Source: Candidatus Rokuibacteriota bacterium (lineage in GTDB: Bacteria; Methylomirabilota; Methylomirabilia; Rokubacteriales; CSP1-6). From it: DNA of 34,392 nucleotides. The position numbers and the translations under genes were made by a program. Below, piece by piece: positions 7,459 to 19,556 of this stretch. How positions within the stretch are numbered: position 1 is the stretch's first letter; each line of letters opens with the position of its first letter. The notes beneath the pieces were generated by a model. That model had not been told where the DNA came from, did not search any database, and worked only from the letters and a program-made list of their open reading frames with translations. The stretch is taken from NCBI GenBank assembly GCA_016184305.1, contig JACPCX010000182.1:1-34392 (forward strand), in the 5' to 3' direction.

Positions 7459-8211
7459 ATGGAAGCCATCGAGCATCCCCCGCTCGTGCACATCGCCGGC
7501 ATCCCCGATCACGTGCTCTACACCTGGCTCGTGATGGCCGTGCTCATCTCCGTCTCGTTCGTGGCGTCCCGGAACGTGCAGCTCGTGCCTCGCGGGACGC
7601 AGAACTTCATGGAAGTGGTGCTGGACCAGTTCCTGGCCCTGCTGGACGACGTGATCGGGCACGAGGGTCGCCGCTACCTGCCGTGGATCGCCACCCTCGG
7701 GCTCTTCATCCTGGTGTCCAACCTGATGGGGCTCGTGCCGGGGCTGATGGCCCCCACGGGCAACCTGAACACCACCGCGGCCTGCGCGATCACCGTGTTC
7801 ATCCTGTACCACTCGATCGGCATCCGGAAACAGGGATTCCTGGCCTACCTCAAGCACTTCGCCGGCCCGGTCCCCCTGCTGGCGCCGCTCATGTTCCCCA
7901 TCGAGCTGGTGAGCCACTTCGCGCGCCCGCTCTCGCTCGCGCTCCGGCTCTTCGGGAACATGTTCGGGGGGCACATCCTGCTCGCGATCATCTTCCTCCT
8001 GACCGGCTTCGACGGACTCATCGGCTGGGCGCTGACGGGCCAGCTGATGGGGCTCCTGGTCGGCACCCCGGCCGGCGTGCTCATGATCGCGTTCACCACG
8101 GGCTTCTTGCTGCCGCTCAAGATCCTGGTCGCGTTCCTGCAGGCCTTCATCTTCTGCATGCTGTCGATGCTGTACATCGCCGGCGCGGTCGAAGAAGCCG
8201 AGCACCATTAG
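7459..8211 (+). CDS. atpB: ATP synthase Fo subunit a
   Basis: RPLSLALRLFGNMFGGH and FLQAFIF..L motifs. Confidence 0.97.
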   Translation: MEAIEHPPLVHIAGIPDHVLYTWLVMAVLISVSFVASRNVQLVPRGTQNFMEVVLDQFLALLDDVIGHEGRRYLPWIATLGLFILVSNLMGLVPGLMAPTGNLNTTAACAITVFILYHSIGIRKQGFLAYLKHFAGPVPLLAPLMFPIELVSHFARPLSLALRLFGNMFGGHILLAIIFLLTGFDGLIGWALTGQLMGLLVGTPAGVLMIAFTTGFLLPLKILVAFLQAFIFCMLSMLYIAGAVEEAEHH

Positions 8212-8244
8212 TCGTTCCAAACCCCACCCAAGGAGGCGAAAGTC

Positions 8245-8580
8245 GTGCGACGCTCATTGATGCTGACGCTGATCATGTGGACCGTTCTCTCCGTTCCAGG
8301 GCTGGCCGTCGCGGCCGAGGGAGCTGCCCCGGCGACGGGTGGCTGGGTGGGCCCCTTCTCGGTGCTCGCGGCCGGCCTGGGCATGGCCCTCGCCTCCGGC
8401 CTCTGCGCTCTGGGCCAGGGCCGGGCGGCCGCCGCCGCCGTGGATGCCATGGCCCGCCAGCCCGGGGCCGCCGCGCGTATCCAGACCGCGATGATCATCG
8501 GGCTGGCGCTCATCGAGTCGCTGGCCCTGTACGTGTTCGTCATCGCCGCCATCCTCCTCTTCGTGCAGCCGGTGAAGTAG
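8245..8580 (+). CDS. atpE: ATP synthase Fo subunit c with N-terminal pre-sequence
   Basis: GQG..ARQP..IIGLALIESLALY; GTG start with AAGGAGG SD. Confidence 0.96.
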   Translation: MRRSLMLTLIMWTVLSVPGLAVAAEGAAPATGGWVGPFSVLAAGLGMALASGLCALGQGRAAAAAVDAMARQPGAAARIQTAMIIGLALIESLALYVFVIAAILLFVQPVK

Positions 8581-8591
8581 TGGTAGGGGAC

Positions 8592-8620
8592 GGGTGCCTC
8601 GGGTCGATCAAGGGGCACCC
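8592..8620 (+). terminator. GC-rich hairpin after atpE (terminator or mRNA-stabilising stem)
   Basis: gggtgcc...ggcaccc stem; no U-tract. Confidence 0.3.
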
Positions 8621-8659
8621 GCCGCTCTCCACGCCACGCGGCTGGACACGGCGAGCGCC

Positions 8660-9310
8660 GTGACCGCACGCTCCCACTTCAAGATCCCGAAGATCCCGGA
8701 GATGACCGTCCGCCGTCTCTCGGTCTACACCCGCTGTCTCCTGCATCTGGAGGAGGATGGGGTCAAGACGGTCTCCTCCCAGGAGCTGGCCGAGCGCTTC
8801 AATCTGAACTCGGCCCAGGTGCGGAAGGACCTGGCGTACTTCGGCGAGTTCGGCGTGCGGGGCATCGGCTATTACGTGTCGGGGCTCAAGGCCGAGCTGC
8901 AGAAGATCCTGGGGCTGGACCGGGAGTGGCCGGTGGCGCTGGTGGGGTTCGGGAACCTGGGCTCCGCGCTGTTCCACTACAAGGGCTTCTCGAAGCAGGG
9001 CTTCCGTATCGCCGCGATCTTCGACGAGGACCCCGGCAAGGCCGGCACGTCGGCGGACAGCGTGCCCATCCTGCCGCTGCGCGACCTCCCCAAGGAGACC
9101 AAGGCGCACAATCTCCAGATCGCGATCGTGGCGGTCCCCGCGGAGGCGGCCCAGGCGGTGACGGAGAAGCTCGTGGCCGCCGGGATCAAGGCGATCCTGA
9201 ACTTCGCGCCGACCCGCATCAAGACGGGCCGCGACGTGCGTCTGAAGAACGTGGACCTGTCCATCGAGCTGGAGTCCCTCAGCTTCTACCTCGCCCAGGG
9301 CGGCCGGTAG
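8660..9310 (+). CDS. rex: Redox-sensing transcriptional repressor Rex
   Basis: KIP..TVRRLS.Y, SSQELA, AQVRKDLAYFGEFG.RG.GY.V, VGFGNLG and ILNFAP motifs; start codon approximate (GTG 8660). Confidence 0.95.
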   Translation: MTARSHFKIPKIPEMTVRRLSVYTRCLLHLEEDGVKTVSSQELAERFNLNSAQVRKDLAYFGEFGVRGIGYYVSGLKAELQKILGLDREWPVALVGFGNLGSALFHYKGFSKQGFRIAAIFDEDPGKAGTSADSVPILPLRDLPKETKAHNLQIAIVAVPAEAAQAVTEKLVAAGIKAILNFAPTRIKTGRDVRLKNVDLSIELESLSFYLAQGGR

Positions 9311-9334
9311 CCCGGGCAGGCCCAGCCGCAGCAC

Positions 9335-12300
9335 ATGGCGGACGCCTCCTCCGTCCCCCCCGTTCTCTTCCGCTGGCGCGCCCTCGCGGACCTGGCGCGC
9401 GTCGTCGCCGCGGGCACGCCCTGTGTGGGGGCGCATGCGCTCTGGGGCTCCTCTCGCGCCCTCGTGATCGCGGCCCTGCGCGAGGCCGCGAGCCGCCCCG
9501 TCCTCGTCCTGACGCCGGGGCAGGTCGAGGCGCACCAGATGGCCCTGGACATCGCCTTCTTCCTCTCATCGCTCGCCGCCCCCCGGAACGCCGCCGCGGC
9601 GCGCCCCCGGGTGGTCGAGTTCCCGCCGGCCGCGCCTCCTGCCTGGCGGGGCCGCCACCGCGAGCACGACGCCGAGCGCATGCTCGTGTGCCATCGGCTG
9701 CTCGACGGTGAGGCCCTCGCGGTCGTGTGCACGGCGGCCGCACTGTCCTCGCCGCTGCCCATGCCTGCTCAGTTCCGGGCCCGGACGCTGCGTCTCTCCC
9801 TCGGCCAGACGGTCGAGCGCGAGATGCTGCTCGATCGGCTCGCGGCGGGGGGATACGAGCGCGTCGAGGCCGTGGTGGACGTCGGGCAGTGGAGCCTGCG
9901 CGGGGGGATCGTGGACATCTTCTCTCCCGCCCGGGAGCATCCCGTGCGTGTCGAGTTCTTCGGCGACGACGTGGAGTCCCTCCGCCTCTTCGACCCGACG
10001 TCCCAGCGCGCCATCGAGGAGATCGAGGACCTGGCGGTGCTCCCGCTCGGGGGCGGCCGCGAGGACGCCGTGCTCCCGGCGTACCTGCCGCTCGACACGC
10101 TTGCCGTTCTCGTGGACCCGGGGTTGCTCGAGGCGCCTCCCGACGACGCGCCGTCCGCCGTGCCTCTCGTCCGCGCGCTCGCGCCCTTCCAGCGGCTCGA
10201 CCTGTCGCTGATCGCCGAGGCGCGATCCGGCGGCCAGGGCGTTGCCATGGAGGCGCGCTCCGTCGGCGGATTCCACGGCCAGTTCAAGACTCTCGCCGCC
10301 GAGCTCGAGCGCTGGCGCAGCGAGGGCTTTGCCGTGCGTCTCGTGGTCACCGACGAGCCGCAGGCCCAGCGCCTGCGGAAGATCCTTTCGGAGCACGGGC
10401 TTCCGGCCTGGCCCGAGGCCCGGCTCTGGAGCGCCGAGGGGCTGGGGGTTCTCGTCGGGGACTGCTCGACCGGGTTCCAGCTCCCGTCCCTCGGGCTCAT
10501 CGTCCTCACCGAGGAGGAGATCTTCGGCGCCCGCCGCCGCCGGTTGCGCCGGCCGCTGTTCCAGCGGGGCGCGCCCATCGCGTCCTTCACGGACCTCGCG
10601 CCCGGCGACCTGGTCGTCCACGAGGCCCACGGGGTCGGCCGCTACCACGGGCTCCGGACCATGTCGGCGGACGGACGCGACGCCGACTTCCTCCTGCTCG
10701 AGTACGCCGAGGGCGGGCGGCTCTATTTGCCGGTGGATCGCCTGGACCTGATCTCCAAGTACATGGGCGCCCCCGAGGGCGCCGCCCGACTCGACAGGCT
10801 GGGCGGCGGGGCCTGGCAGCGCGTGAAGGAGTCGGTGCGGGCGGCGTTGCGCCAGATGGCCGAGGAGCTGCTCCGGCTCTATGCCGCCCGCTCGGTGGCC
10901 GAGCGCAACGCCTTCCCACCCGACACGCCGTGGCAGCGTGAGTTCGATTCGGCGTTCCGGTTCGAGGAGACGCCCGATCAGATGCGCGCCATCGAGGACG
11001 TGAGGGCGGACATGGAGAACGCCCGGCCCATGGACCGGCTCGTGGCGGGGGACGTGGGCTACGGCAAGACCGAGGTGGCGCTGCGGGCCGCGTTCAAGGT
11101 GGTCGCCGACGGGCGCCAGGTCGCCGTCCTCGTCCCCACGACGGTGCTGGCCCAGCAGCACTTCAACACCTTCACGGACCGTTTCGCCTCCTTCCCGGCA
11201 CGGGTCGAGCTTCTCTCGCGCTTCCGGAGTCCCAAGGCGCAGAAGGCCGTGCTGGCGGGGCTCACGAGCGGCGCGGTGGACGTGGTCATCGGCACCCACC
11301 GGCTCCTGTCCAAGGACGTGGAGTGCAAGCGGCTGGGGCTGCTCGTGGTGGACGAGGAGCACCGCTTCGGCGTCACCCACAAGGAGCGCATCAAGCAGAT
11401 GCGAGCCTCGGTGGACGTCCTCACGCTCACCGCCACGCCCATCCCTCGCACGCTCTACATGGCCATGGCAGGAGTCCGCGACCTGTCGGTGATCGAGACC
11501 CCGCCGCTCGACCGGCTGCCCGTCGAGACGGTCGTCAGCCGCTTCAGCCGGACCGTGATCAAGGACGCGATCGAGCGGGAGCTGGACCGCGGGGGCCAGG
11601 TCTTCTTCGTCCACAACCGGGTGCAGTCCCTCCCGTCCATGACCGCCTTCATCCAGGGGCTGTGCCCCGTTGCCCGTGTCGTGATGGCACATGGACAGAT
11701 GGCCGAGCGGGAGCTGGAATCCGTCATGGTGAAGTTCGTGGATGGCCAGGCCGACGTGCTCGTCTCCACGGCGATCGTCGAGTCGGGGCTGGACATCCCC
11801 ACGTCGAACACCATCATCATCAACCGGGCCGACCGCTTCGGCCTGGCCCAGCTCTACCAGCTCCGGGGCCGGGTCGGGCGGGAGCGCCTCCAGGGTTACG
11901 CGTATCTCCTGATCCCGGCTGACGGCCGCCTGGATGAGACGGCGCAGCGGCGGCTCCGGGTCATCGAGGAGCTGACGGAGCTGGGGGCCGGCTTCAAGCT
12001 GGCTCTGCGCGACCTCGAGATCCGCGGGGCGGGGAACCTGCTCGGCCCCGAGCAGCACGGCCACATCGCCGCCGTGGGGTTCGATCTGTACACCAAGCTC
12101 CTCGAGGAAGCTGTGAGAGAATTGAAGGGCGAGCCTGCCCCCCCTCACGTGGATCCGACCATCATGGTGGGGGTGGAGGCGCTGGTGCCCGAGCACTACG
12201 TGCCGGAGGTCACCCAGCGGCTGGCGCTCTACAAACGGCTCGCCGACATCGTCAGGACCGAGGAGGTCGCCGACATCCGGGGGGAGATGCTGGATCGCTT

Positions 12301-12586
12301 CGGGCCGATCCCGGCTCCCGTCGACGCCTTGCTGGACGTCGTCGGCCTCCGCGTGGCGGCGCGGACCGTCGGTGTCGAGCGGGTCGACGCCCAGGGAGGC
12401 CGGGCGCTCCTGACTTTCGCACCATCGACGCCCGTCACACCGGAGCAGCTGCTGCGGGCCATCGGCTGCAGCCGGGGACGCCTGAGGATGCTGAAGGAGT
12501 ACACACTGGAAGCGCAGATCCCCTCGGAGCCGTGGTCGGCGGTGCGGGCGGCGCTGACCACCCTGCTGGAGTCGCTGCGCCCGTGA
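9335..12586 (+). CDS. mfd: Transcription-repair coupling factor
   Basis: RGGIVDIF, HGVGRY, GDVGYGKTEVA, DEEHRFGV, TATPIPRT, QLRGRVGR and RDLEIRGAGNLLG motifs. Confidence 0.98.
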   Translation: MADASSVPPVLFRWRALADLARVVAAGTPCVGAHALWGSSRALVIAALREAASRPVLVLTPGQVEAHQMALDIAFFLSSLAAPRNAAAARPRVVEFPPAAPPAWRGRHREHDAERMLVCHRLLDGEALAVVCTAAALSSPLPMPAQFRARTLRLSLGQTVEREMLLDRLAAGGYERVEAVVDVGQWSLRGGIVDIFSPAREHPVRVEFFGDDVESLRLFDPTSQRAIEEIEDLAVLPLGGGREDAVLPAYLPLDTLAVLVDPGLLEAPPDDAPSAVPLVRALAPFQRLDLSLIAEARSGGQGVAMEARSVGGFHGQFKTLAAELERWRSEGFAVRLVVTDEPQAQRLRKILSEHGLPAWPEARLWSAEGLGVLVGDCSTGFQLPSLGLIVLTEEEIFGARRRRLRRPLFQRGAPIASFTDLAPGDLVVHEAHGVGRYHGLRTMSADGRDADFLLLEYAEGGRLYLPVDRLDLISKYMGAPEGAARLDRLGGGAWQRVKESVRAALRQMAEELLRLYAARSVAERNAFPPDTPWQREFDSAFRFEETPDQMRAIEDVRADMENARPMDRLVAGDVGYGKTEVALRAAFKVVADGRQVAVLVPTTVLAQQHFNTFTDRFASFPARVELLSRFRSPKAQKAVLAGLTSGAVDVVIGTHRLLSKDVECKRLGLLVVDEEHRFGVTHKERIKQMRASVDVLTLTATPIPRTLYMAMAGVRDLSVIETPPLDRLPVETVVSRFSRTVIKDAIERELDRGGQVFFVHNRVQSLPSMTAFIQGLCPVARVVMAHGQMAERELESVMVKFVDGQADVLVSTAIVESGLDIPTSNTIIINRADRFGLAQLYQLRGRVGRERLQGYAYLLIPADGRLDETAQRRLRVIEELTELGAGFKLALRDLEIRGAGNLLGPEQHGHIAAVGFDLYTKLLEEAVRELKGEPAPPHVDPTIMVGVEALVPEHYVPEVTQRLALYKRLADIVRTEEVADIRGEMLDRFGPIPAPVDALLDVVGLRVAARTVGVERVDAQGGRALLTFAPSTPVTPEQLLRAIGCSRGRLRMLKEYTLEAQIPSEPWSAVRAALTTLLESLRP

Positions 12587-13686
12587 CGCGCCCCCGCGCG
12601 GTGCTGGTCGCCGTCCTGGGGCTGACGCTCGCCGGCTGCTCGGTGCCGTCCTGGGTCCCGCTTCTCGGGAAGGCCACGGCGGTGCCGAAATTGCCTCCCG
12701 GAGCGGCCCAGCTCCAGACGCAGAAGGCCGAGCCGCCGAAGAGCGCCCCCATCCTGCCGGGCGGGGCGGCTGTCCGGGCGCCCGAGAGCGAGGAGATCCT
12801 GGATCGCGTCATCACCGTGGTGAACAACGACGCCATCACGCTGTCCCAGCTCGACGAGGCAGAGGCCTACCACTTCTACGAGACCAAGCAGGAGCCCAAG
12901 GACCCCGCCGCGCGACTGGCCTTGCGCGAGCAGCTGCTCCAGCGCCTCATCGACAACCGCCTGCAGCTGCAGCAGGCCGAGCGCGACAAGATCATCGTGG
13001 AGGAGGCCGAGATCGCCGAGCAGTTCGGCGAGATCAAGAAGAAGCTCGGCGTCACCACCGAGGCGCAGACGGAGGAGGCGCTGAAAGCCCAGGGGGTGAC
13101 GCTGGACGGCGTCAAGCGGCAGATCAAGGACCAGCTGATGGTCCAGCGGGTGGTCCGGCGAAAGGTCACCCTGCGGGTCACCGTGACCGAGCAGGAGATC
13201 GACCGGTATCTCGGCGAGAACCGCGACAAGCTCGAGACCGGGCTCTCCTTCGAGGCCCGGCACATCCTGTTCCTGCCGGAGCCCGGCCGGGGAGAGGACG
13301 GGTGGACCGTCGCCCGCCGGAGAGCGCAGGAGGTCTATGCCCTGCTGCTCGGCGAGGCGGACTTCGCCGAGATGGCCCGGAAGTACTCCGATGACGGGTC
13401 GGGGAAGGACGGGGGCGGCCTCGGCTCGCTCAAGCGGGGCGAGCTGGCGCCCGAGATCGAGGCGGCCATTCTCCGGCTGCAGAGCGGGGAGGTGTCGGCT
13501 CCCTTCCGCTCCGAGGTCGGGTACCACCTGTTCAAGCTCGAGTCGAAGGAGTCGCTGCTGGGTGATGGGCTGGTGCAGGCCCGGAACCAGATCCGCGAGA
13601 TCCTCTTCCGCGAGAAGCACCAGGCCCGATTCCGGGAATGGCTCGCGGAGATCAAGCAGCGAGCCATGATCGACCGGCGATTGTGA
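12583..13686 (+). CDS. SurA/PrsA-like peptidyl-prolyl isomerase chaperone, lipoprotein
   Basis: Lipobox LTLAG-C; ILDRVITVVNNDAIT SurA N-domain; parvulin motifs ARHIL, F.EMARKYSDD.S..GG.LG and GYHL; GTGA overlap with the mfd stop. Confidence 0.9.
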   Translation: MTRPRAVLVAVLGLTLAGCSVPSWVPLLGKATAVPKLPPGAAQLQTQKAEPPKSAPILPGGAAVRAPESEEILDRVITVVNNDAITLSQLDEAEAYHFYETKQEPKDPAARLALREQLLQRLIDNRLQLQQAERDKIIVEEAEIAEQFGEIKKKLGVTTEAQTEEALKAQGVTLDGVKRQIKDQLMVQRVVRRKVTLRVTVTEQEIDRYLGENRDKLETGLSFEARHILFLPEPGRGEDGWTVARRRAQEVYALLLGEADFAEMARKYSDDGSGKDGGGLGSLKRGELAPEIEAAILRLQSGEVSAPFRSEVGYHLFKLESKESLLGDGLVQARNQIREILFREKHQARFREWLAEIKQRAMIDRRL

Positions 13687-13705
13687 GGGGACGGCGAGAA
13701 TCAGG

Positions 13706-13735
13706 TTGACAGCGCCACGGACGCTGTGGGACAGT
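13706..13735 (+). promoter_or_regulatory. Putative rho promoter
   Basis: Perfect TTGACA at 13706-13711; TGg-GACAGT 18 nt downstream. Confidence 0.45.
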
Positions 13736-13878
13736 GGCGTCTGTACAGCCGTTGAGCCCCTCGTACACAGTGCACCCCCCCGGAGACAGCCATTTCGCAG
13801 CGTATCCCTAAGCGCAGCTCGCCAAGGATGTCCGCCAACTCCACGCCGAACCCATCGGACGCCGGAGGGGGAGGAGGT

Positions 13879-15138
13879 ATGAAGATGAACCTGTCCGAGC
13901 TCAAGGACAAGACCATCACCGAGCTGAACCACGTCGCCAAGGATCTGGGCGTCCAGGGATTCAGCGGCCTCCGCAAGCAGGAGCTGATCTTCAAGATCCT
14001 CCAGGGGCAGGCGGAGAAGGACGGGCTCATCTTCGCCGAGGGCGTGCTCGAGGTCCTCCCGGACGGATTCGGGTTCCTCCGCGCCCCCGACTACAACTAC
14101 CTCCCCGGGCCCGACGACATCTACGTCTCCCCGTCCCAGATCCGGCGCTTCGATCTCCGGACCGGCGACACCATCTCGGGCCAGGTGCGCCCCCCCAAGG
14201 ACAGCGAGCGGTACTTCGCCCTCCTGAAGGTCGAGGCCATCAACTTCGAGACGCCCGAGCAGTCGCGGGACAAGACGCTCTTCGACAACCTCACGCCGCT
14301 CTACCCGATGGAGCGGCTGCGGCTGGAGCACGATTCGGACAATCTCACGACGCGCGCGATGGATCTCCTGTGCCCCATCGGCAAGGGACAGCGCGGGCTC
14401 ATCGTGGCCGCGCCGCGGACCGGCAAGACGGTCCTCCTGCAGAACCTGGCCAATGCCATCGCGACGAACCACCCGGAGGTGTACCTCATCGTCCTGCTCA
14501 TCGACGAGCGGCCCGAGGAGGTCACCGACATGCAGCGGTCGGTGAAGGGGGAGGTCATCTCGTCCACCTTCGACGAGCCTCCGCAGCGGCACGTCCAGGT
14601 CGCCGACATGGTCATCGAGAAGGCCAAGCGTCTCGTGGAGCACAAGCGGGACGTCGTCATCCTCCTGGACTCCATCACCCGCTTCGCCCGGGCGCATAAC
14701 GCGGTCATCCCATCCTCGGGCAAGGTCCTGTCGGGCGGGCTGGACGCCAATGCCCTGCAGCGGCCGCGGCGCTTCTTCGCCGCCGCCCGGAACATCGAGG
14801 AGGGCGGGTCGCTGACCATCATGGCCACCGCCCTCATCGACACGGGCTCCCGGATGGACGATGTGATCTTCGAGGAGTTCAAGGGCACCGGCAACATGGA
14901 GGTCCACCTGGACCGGCGCCTGATGGACAAGCGGATCTTCCCGACCATCAACATCGAGCAGACCGGAACGCGCAAGGAAGAGCTGCTGCTGGAGAAGGAC
15001 GAGCTGCAGAAGATGTGGCTCCTCCGGAAGGCGCTGTCCCAGCTGAATCCCGTGGAAGCGATGGAGCTTCTGCTGGACAAGCTGAAGATGACGAAGACGA
15101 ACAAGGACTTCCTCAACCAGATGAACCAGCTGGGCTAG
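13879..15138 (+). CDS. rho: Transcription termination factor Rho
   Basis: [43 protein letters not shown] and [10 protein letters not shown] motifs; GGAGGAGG SD before ATG 13879. Confidence 0.98.
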   Translation: MKMNLSELKDKTITELNHVAKDLGVQGFSGLRKQELIFKILQGQAEKDGLIFAEGVLEVLPDGFGFLRAPDYNYLPGPDDIYVSPSQIRRFDLRTGDTISGQVRPPKDSERYFALLKVEAINFETPEQSRDKTLFDNLTPLYPMERLRLEHDSDNLTTRAMDLLCPIGKGQRGLIVAAPRTGKTVLLQNLANAIATNHPEVYLIVLLIDERPEEVTDMQRSVKGEVISSTFDEPPQRHVQVADMVIEKAKRLVEHKRDVVILLDSITRFARAHNAVIPSSGKVLSGGLDANALQRPRRFFAAARNIEEGGSLTIMATALIDTGSRMDDVIFEEFKGTGNMEVHLDRRLMDKRIFPTINIEQTGTRKEELLLEKDELQKMWLLRKALSQLNPVEAMELLLDKLKMTKTNKDFLNQMNQLG

Positions 15139-15285
15139 GGTTTTCCTGGCCAGGCGCGGGCACCTGGCCTGTCCGCCGCCCGCGCCCGCCGGAACCCCGG
15201 CCGGAGTGCTTGGCCGCGGCTGTCGCTCGCCGATGTCACCCAGGCCATCCCCGGGCCCCGTGGCCATGGCAAGTTGTTTGATTCC

Positions 15286-15314
15286 TTGCTTTTTCCGTGC
15301 CCGGCTGGTATCTT
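15286..15314 (+). promoter_or_regulatory. Putative rpmE operon promoter
   Basis: TTGCTT, 17 nt, then TGg-TATCTT. Confidence 0.5.
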
Positions 15315-15339
15315 CTGTACCTCATCCAGGAGGTGCGCC

Positions 15340-15555
15340 GTGAAGGCTGGCATTCATCCCGATTACATCGATACGACCATCACCTGCAGCTGCGGGGCAG
15401 TTATCCCGACCCGCTCCACCCAGCCGGGCATCCGTGTCGAGGTCTGCTCGAAGTGTCACCCGTTCTACACGGGCAAGCAGAAGTTCCTGGACACGGCAGG
15501 ACGCATCGAGCGCTTCCAGCGGAAGTACAACAGGAAGCCGATCGCGGAGGCGTAG
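15340..15555 (+). CDS. rpmE: 50S ribosomal protein L31 (Zn-binding type)
   Basis: [50 protein letters not shown] start. Confidence 0.97.
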   Translation: MKAGIHPDYIDTTITCSCGAVIPTRSTQPGIRVEVCSKCHPFYTGKQKFLDTAGRIERFQRKYNRKPIAEA

Positions 15556-15674
15556 GGCGGCGGTTCGGCGCCGGCAGCCGCGGTTCGATCCGAACGCTCC
15601 GTCTCCCCCGTACGCCGCCGACCTGCCCGCTGCTGCGGCGGCCTGTCCCGTCCACCCGCCTCTGAGGGCACGCG

Positions 15675-16745
15675 ATGTTCGATAAGCTGCGACAGCTCGA
15701 GGAGCGCTATCAGGAGCTCTCACGCCGGCTCTCCGACCCGCAGGTGATCGGGCAGCAGGCCGAGTATGCCAGAATGGCCAAGGCTGCCTCAGAGCTGGCC
15801 GAGGTGGTCCGGAAGTTCGAGGACTACAAGGCCCTGCTCGCCCGGATCTCCGAGGCCCGCCACATCCTCGCCGAGGACACCGACCGGGAGATGCGCGAGA
15901 TGGCCCAGGCGGAGATCGATGACCTGACCGCTCGCCAGGCGGCGCGCGAGGAAGAGCTCCGTTCGCTGCTCCTGCCCCGGGATCCCAACGATCAGAGGAA
16001 CGTCTTCGTCGAGATCCGCGCGGGTGCGGGCGGAGACGAGGCCGGACTGTTCGCCGCCGATCTCGCGCGGATGTACACGAAGTACGCGGAGAGCCAGCGG
16101 TGGAAGGTGGAGGTGATGGACAGTCACCCCACCGGCGTCGGCGGCTTCAAGGAGATCGTCTTCTTCATCCAGGGCCGGGGCGCATGGAGCCGGCTGAAGT
16201 TCGAGCGCGGCGTCCACCGCGTTCAGCGCGTGCCGGCCACCGAGTCCAGCGGGCGGATCCACACCTCCACGGTGACGGTGGCGGTGCTCCCGGAGGCGGA
16301 AGACGTGGATATCCGGGTCGAGGACAGGGACGTCCGGGTGGACGTCTATCGCTCCTCCGGTCCAGGAGGCCAGGGCGTGAACACCACGGACTCGGCCGTG
16401 CGCCTGACGCACCTGCCCACCGGGCTGGTCGTGACCTGCCAGGACGAGCGCTCGCAGATTAAGAACCGGGCCAAGGCGATGCGCGTGCTCAAGGCGCGGC
16501 TGCTCGAGCGCGCCCAGGAGGAGCAGGCCGCGGCCATCGCCGCCGACCGCAGGAGCCAGGTCGGGACCGGCGAGCGGAGCGAGCGCATCCGGACCTACAA
16601 CTTCCCTCAGGGGCGGGTGTCGGACCACCGCATCGGCCTGACGCTGCACCGGCTGCCGGCCGTCCTGGAAGGTGACCTGAACGAGATCATCGACGGGCTC
16701 ACGGCCTGGGACCAGGGGCGCAAGCTCGCCGAGAGTCCGGCATGA
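15675..16745 (+). CDS. prfA: Peptide chain release factor 1
   Basis: GGQ motif; PAT specificity tripeptide (RVPATE); followed by prmC. Confidence 0.97.
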   Translation: MFDKLRQLEERYQELSRRLSDPQVIGQQAEYARMAKAASELAEVVRKFEDYKALLARISEARHILAEDTDREMREMAQAEIDDLTARQAAREEELRSLLLPRDPNDQRNVFVEIRAGAGGDEAGLFAADLARMYTKYAESQRWKVEVMDSHPTGVGGFKEIVFFIQGRGAWSRLKFERGVHRVQRVPATESSGRIHTSTVTVAVLPEAEDVDIRVEDRDVRVDVYRSSGPGGQGVNTTDSAVRLTHLPTGLVVTCQDERSQIKNRAKAMRVLKARLLERAQEEQAAAIAADRRSQVGTGERSERIRTYNFPQGRVSDHRIGLTLHRLPAVLEGDLNEIIDGLTAWDQGRKLAESPA

Positions 16746-17616
16746 CGACGGCGACCTCTGGCCTCGCGGTGGGCGTCCTCCTGCGGGAGGGGACGCGGCG
16801 TCTCGAGGACGCAGCGATCGCCACCGCGCGCCAGGACGCCGAGTGGCTCCTCGCCACGGTGCTCGGCCTGCCCCGCTTCGACCTCTACCTGGAGCCGGCG
16901 CGGGAGGTCACGGCCGGCGGCAGGGACCGATTCTGGGCCCTGGTCGGGCGGCGGCGGGCCCACGAGCCGCTCCAGTATCTCCTGGGCTTCGAGGACTTCG
17001 TCGGACTGCGGATCCGGGTGACCCCCGATGTCCTGATCCCGCGCCCCGAGACGGAGGGGCTGGTCGAGTGGGCGGTGGAGATCCTCGCCCCGCTGGACGG
17101 GCCGGTGGCGGCTGACGTGGGAACCGGAAGCGGCGCCATCGCCTGCGCGCTCGCGGCGGCCTGTCCTGCTCTCGAGGTGCTGGCCATCGACTCGTCGCCG
17201 GCCGCGCTCGGTGTGGCGGCGGGCAATGTGCGCGCCGCGGGGCTGTCTGCGCGCGTCCGGCTGGTCGCAGGGGACCTCCTGGCCCCCCTGGCCCCCCTCG
17301 CCGGCCGGCTCGACATGATCGTGTCCAACCCCCCGTATCTCCCGACCGGGATCATCCCGTCGCTTCCCCGGGAGGTCGCCGGATTCGAGCCGCGGCTTGC
17401 CCTGGACGGGGGGCCGGACGGCTTGCGGGTGATCCGGCGCATCGTCGCCGAGGCCCCGGGCCTGCTGCGCTCCGGAGGGACGCTCCTGATGGAGATCGGC
17501 GAGGAGCAAGCGGGGCTCGTGGCCTCGCTGATGGCGGCCGAGGGATTCTCCCGCCTCGCCGCGCGCCGCGACCTGCGCGGCGTCGAGCGGTTCATCGCCG
17601 GGCAGGTGGGCGGCTG

Positions 17617-17617
<1 letters not shown>
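16742..17617 (+). CDS. prmC: Release factor glutamine methyltransferase
   Basis: [17 protein letters not shown] and SNPPY motifs. Confidence 0.96.
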
Positions 17618-18872
<1,255 letters not shown>

Positions 18873-18873
<1 letters not shown>

Positions 18874-19556
18874 TGGACAGGCACGGTCTGACTCTCGCCC
18901 TGCCCAAGGGGCGCCTCCTCGAGCCGGCCCTCGCGCTGCTCTCTGCCCTCGGCATGAGCGGTCTCGATGGAGCGTCCCGGCGGCTGCTCGTCGCCGATGC
19001 GGCGCACGATCTGCGCTTCATCTTCCTCAAGCCGGCGGACATCCCCACGTACGTGGCGTACGGTGCGGCGGATCTCGGCATCGTCGGCAAGGACATCCTG
19101 GCCGAGCAGGAGCCGGATGTGTACGAGCCGGTGGACCTCGGCTTCGGACGTTGCCGTCTCGTCGTGGCCGAGCCCAGGGATCTGTGGGAGCGCGATGATC
19201 CGGCCAAGTGGTCCTGGGTGCGCGTGGCGACGAAGTACCCGACCCTGACCGAGCGCTACTTCTCGGAGCGGGGCATCCAGGTGGAGATGATCCGGCTGGA
19301 CGGCTCCATCGAGCTGGCGCCGCTCGTCGGGCTCGCGGAGCGGATCGTGGATCTCGTCCAGTCCGGGGACACGCTCCGGGCGAACGGCCTCGTGGAGGTG
19401 GCGCAGATCATGAGCTCCACGGCGAGGCTCATCGTCAACCGCGCCTCGCTGAAGACGGCGCATGCCCGCGTGAACACCCTGATCGATGCCGTGCGCCAGG
19501 CGGTATCGTCTCCGAGGCCCGGCATGGGCGCCGCGGTCCCGCGGCCCGCGCCATGA
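18873..19556 (+). CDS. hisG: ATP phosphoribosyltransferase, short form
   Basis: [13 protein letters not shown] and GSIELAP..GLA..IVDLV.SG.TL.ANGL; no C-terminal ACT domain. Confidence 0.95.

Noticed and set aside
9566..15267. Long antisense ORFs (876 aa and 1012 aa) and similar ones opposite his, radA and cysS
   Set aside because: Typical antisense open frames of high-GC genes, with no recognisable motifs.
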